A stretch of 64,000 nucleotides of DNA from Fimicolochytrium jonesii (Eukaryota), in assembly GCF_025526975.1 (NCBI RefSeq), contig NW_026515668.1, forward strand, positions 186,001-250,000, given 5' to 3'. The position numbers were made by a program, and so were the translations under genes. The notes under the pieces were generated by a model. The model made no database searches. It had not been told where the DNA came from and saw only the letters and a program-made list of their open reading frames with translations. This document shows, in pieces, positions 63,101-64,000 of the stretch (position 1 is its first letter; every line of letters starts with the position of its first letter).

Positions 63101-64000
63101 TAGAAGAAGTTGATGACGTCTTCGGGAGTACCCTCGAACTTCTTGCGGAGCTCCGGGTCTTGTGTGGCGATACCGACGGGACAAGTGTTCTATTGTAGAA
63201 GAATAGGATAATGAGTACAGATAGTTCGTCGGGATTGGCGAACAATGCGATTTAGACCTACCAAGTGACATTTCCTCATCATGATACAACCCATAGCAAT
63301 GAGAGGAGCTGTAGCGAATCCCCATTCCTCAGCTCCAAGGAGACAGGCAACAGCCACATCTCTGCCAGTCTTGATCTGACCGTCGGTTTGCAGAACGACA
63401 CGTCCACGAAGATCGTTGAGCACCAGCGTTTGGTGCGTCTCCGCGAGCCCAAGCTCCCAGGGCAATCCTGCGTATTTAATACCAGTCCACCTGGAAGCAC
63501 CTGTTCCACCGTCGTGTCCCGAAATCAGGATGTGATCGGCGCGTGCCTTGGCGACACCGGCGGCAATGACGCCGACACCGACCTCGGACACGAGCTTGAC
63601 AGACACGCGGGAAAGCGGGTTGGCGCACTTGAGATCGTAAATCAGTTGCTTGAGATCCTCGATGGAGTAGATGTCGTGATGGGGAGGGGGCGAAATGAGA
63701 CCGACACCGGGAGTGGATTTACGGGTTGCGGCGATGCTTTCGCTGACTTTGTGGCCAGGGAGCTCTCCTCCTTCTCCGGGCTTGGCACCCTGAGCAAGCT
63801 TGATTTGTAGCTCTTCGGCGTCAGAAAGGTAGTAACTGGTTACACCGAACCGGCCAGAAGCGACTTGCTTGATAGCTGACCGAGCAAGCTGACCATCGAT
63901 TCCCGGCTTGGAACGTGCGGGATCTTCACCACCTTCTCCCGTGTTACTCTTGCCTCCAAGCTTGTTCATGGCGACTGCGAGCGCAGAGTGGGCTTCGTAG
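60178..64000 (-). CDS. GLT1: NADH-dependent glutamate synthase (3' portion; continues beyond window)
   Basis: [69 protein letters not shown]; intron ~63261-63191. Confidence 0.98.

Overview
Eukaryotic, fungal genomic DNA with short GT-AG introns and CTAAC/CTAAT-type branch points. Fungal genes (DUR3, MHR1, single-chain GLT1, PHO13) occur alongside genes that budding yeast lacks (INTS4, TMEM18, LACTB2). This points to an early-diverging, probably chytrid, fungus (inference). About 22 apparently intact protein-coding genes and one tRNA-Gln(CTG) can be supported. There are two gene-poor accessory islands. The first (~10.7-18.6 kb) holds tandem, decayed copies of an orphan intronless gene, one carrying frameshifted RNA polymerase II CTD-like YSPTSPS heptads, plus minisatellites and a thioredoxin pseudogene. 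The second (~35.3-42.0 kb) holds a Crypton-like relic, a strongly diverged CK2-alpha paralog and a 216-bp MITE whose left TIR abuts a TTAGGG telomeric tract. All identifications come from manual translation, splice-site reading and recalled family motifs. No searches were run, and some start and end coordinates are approximate.
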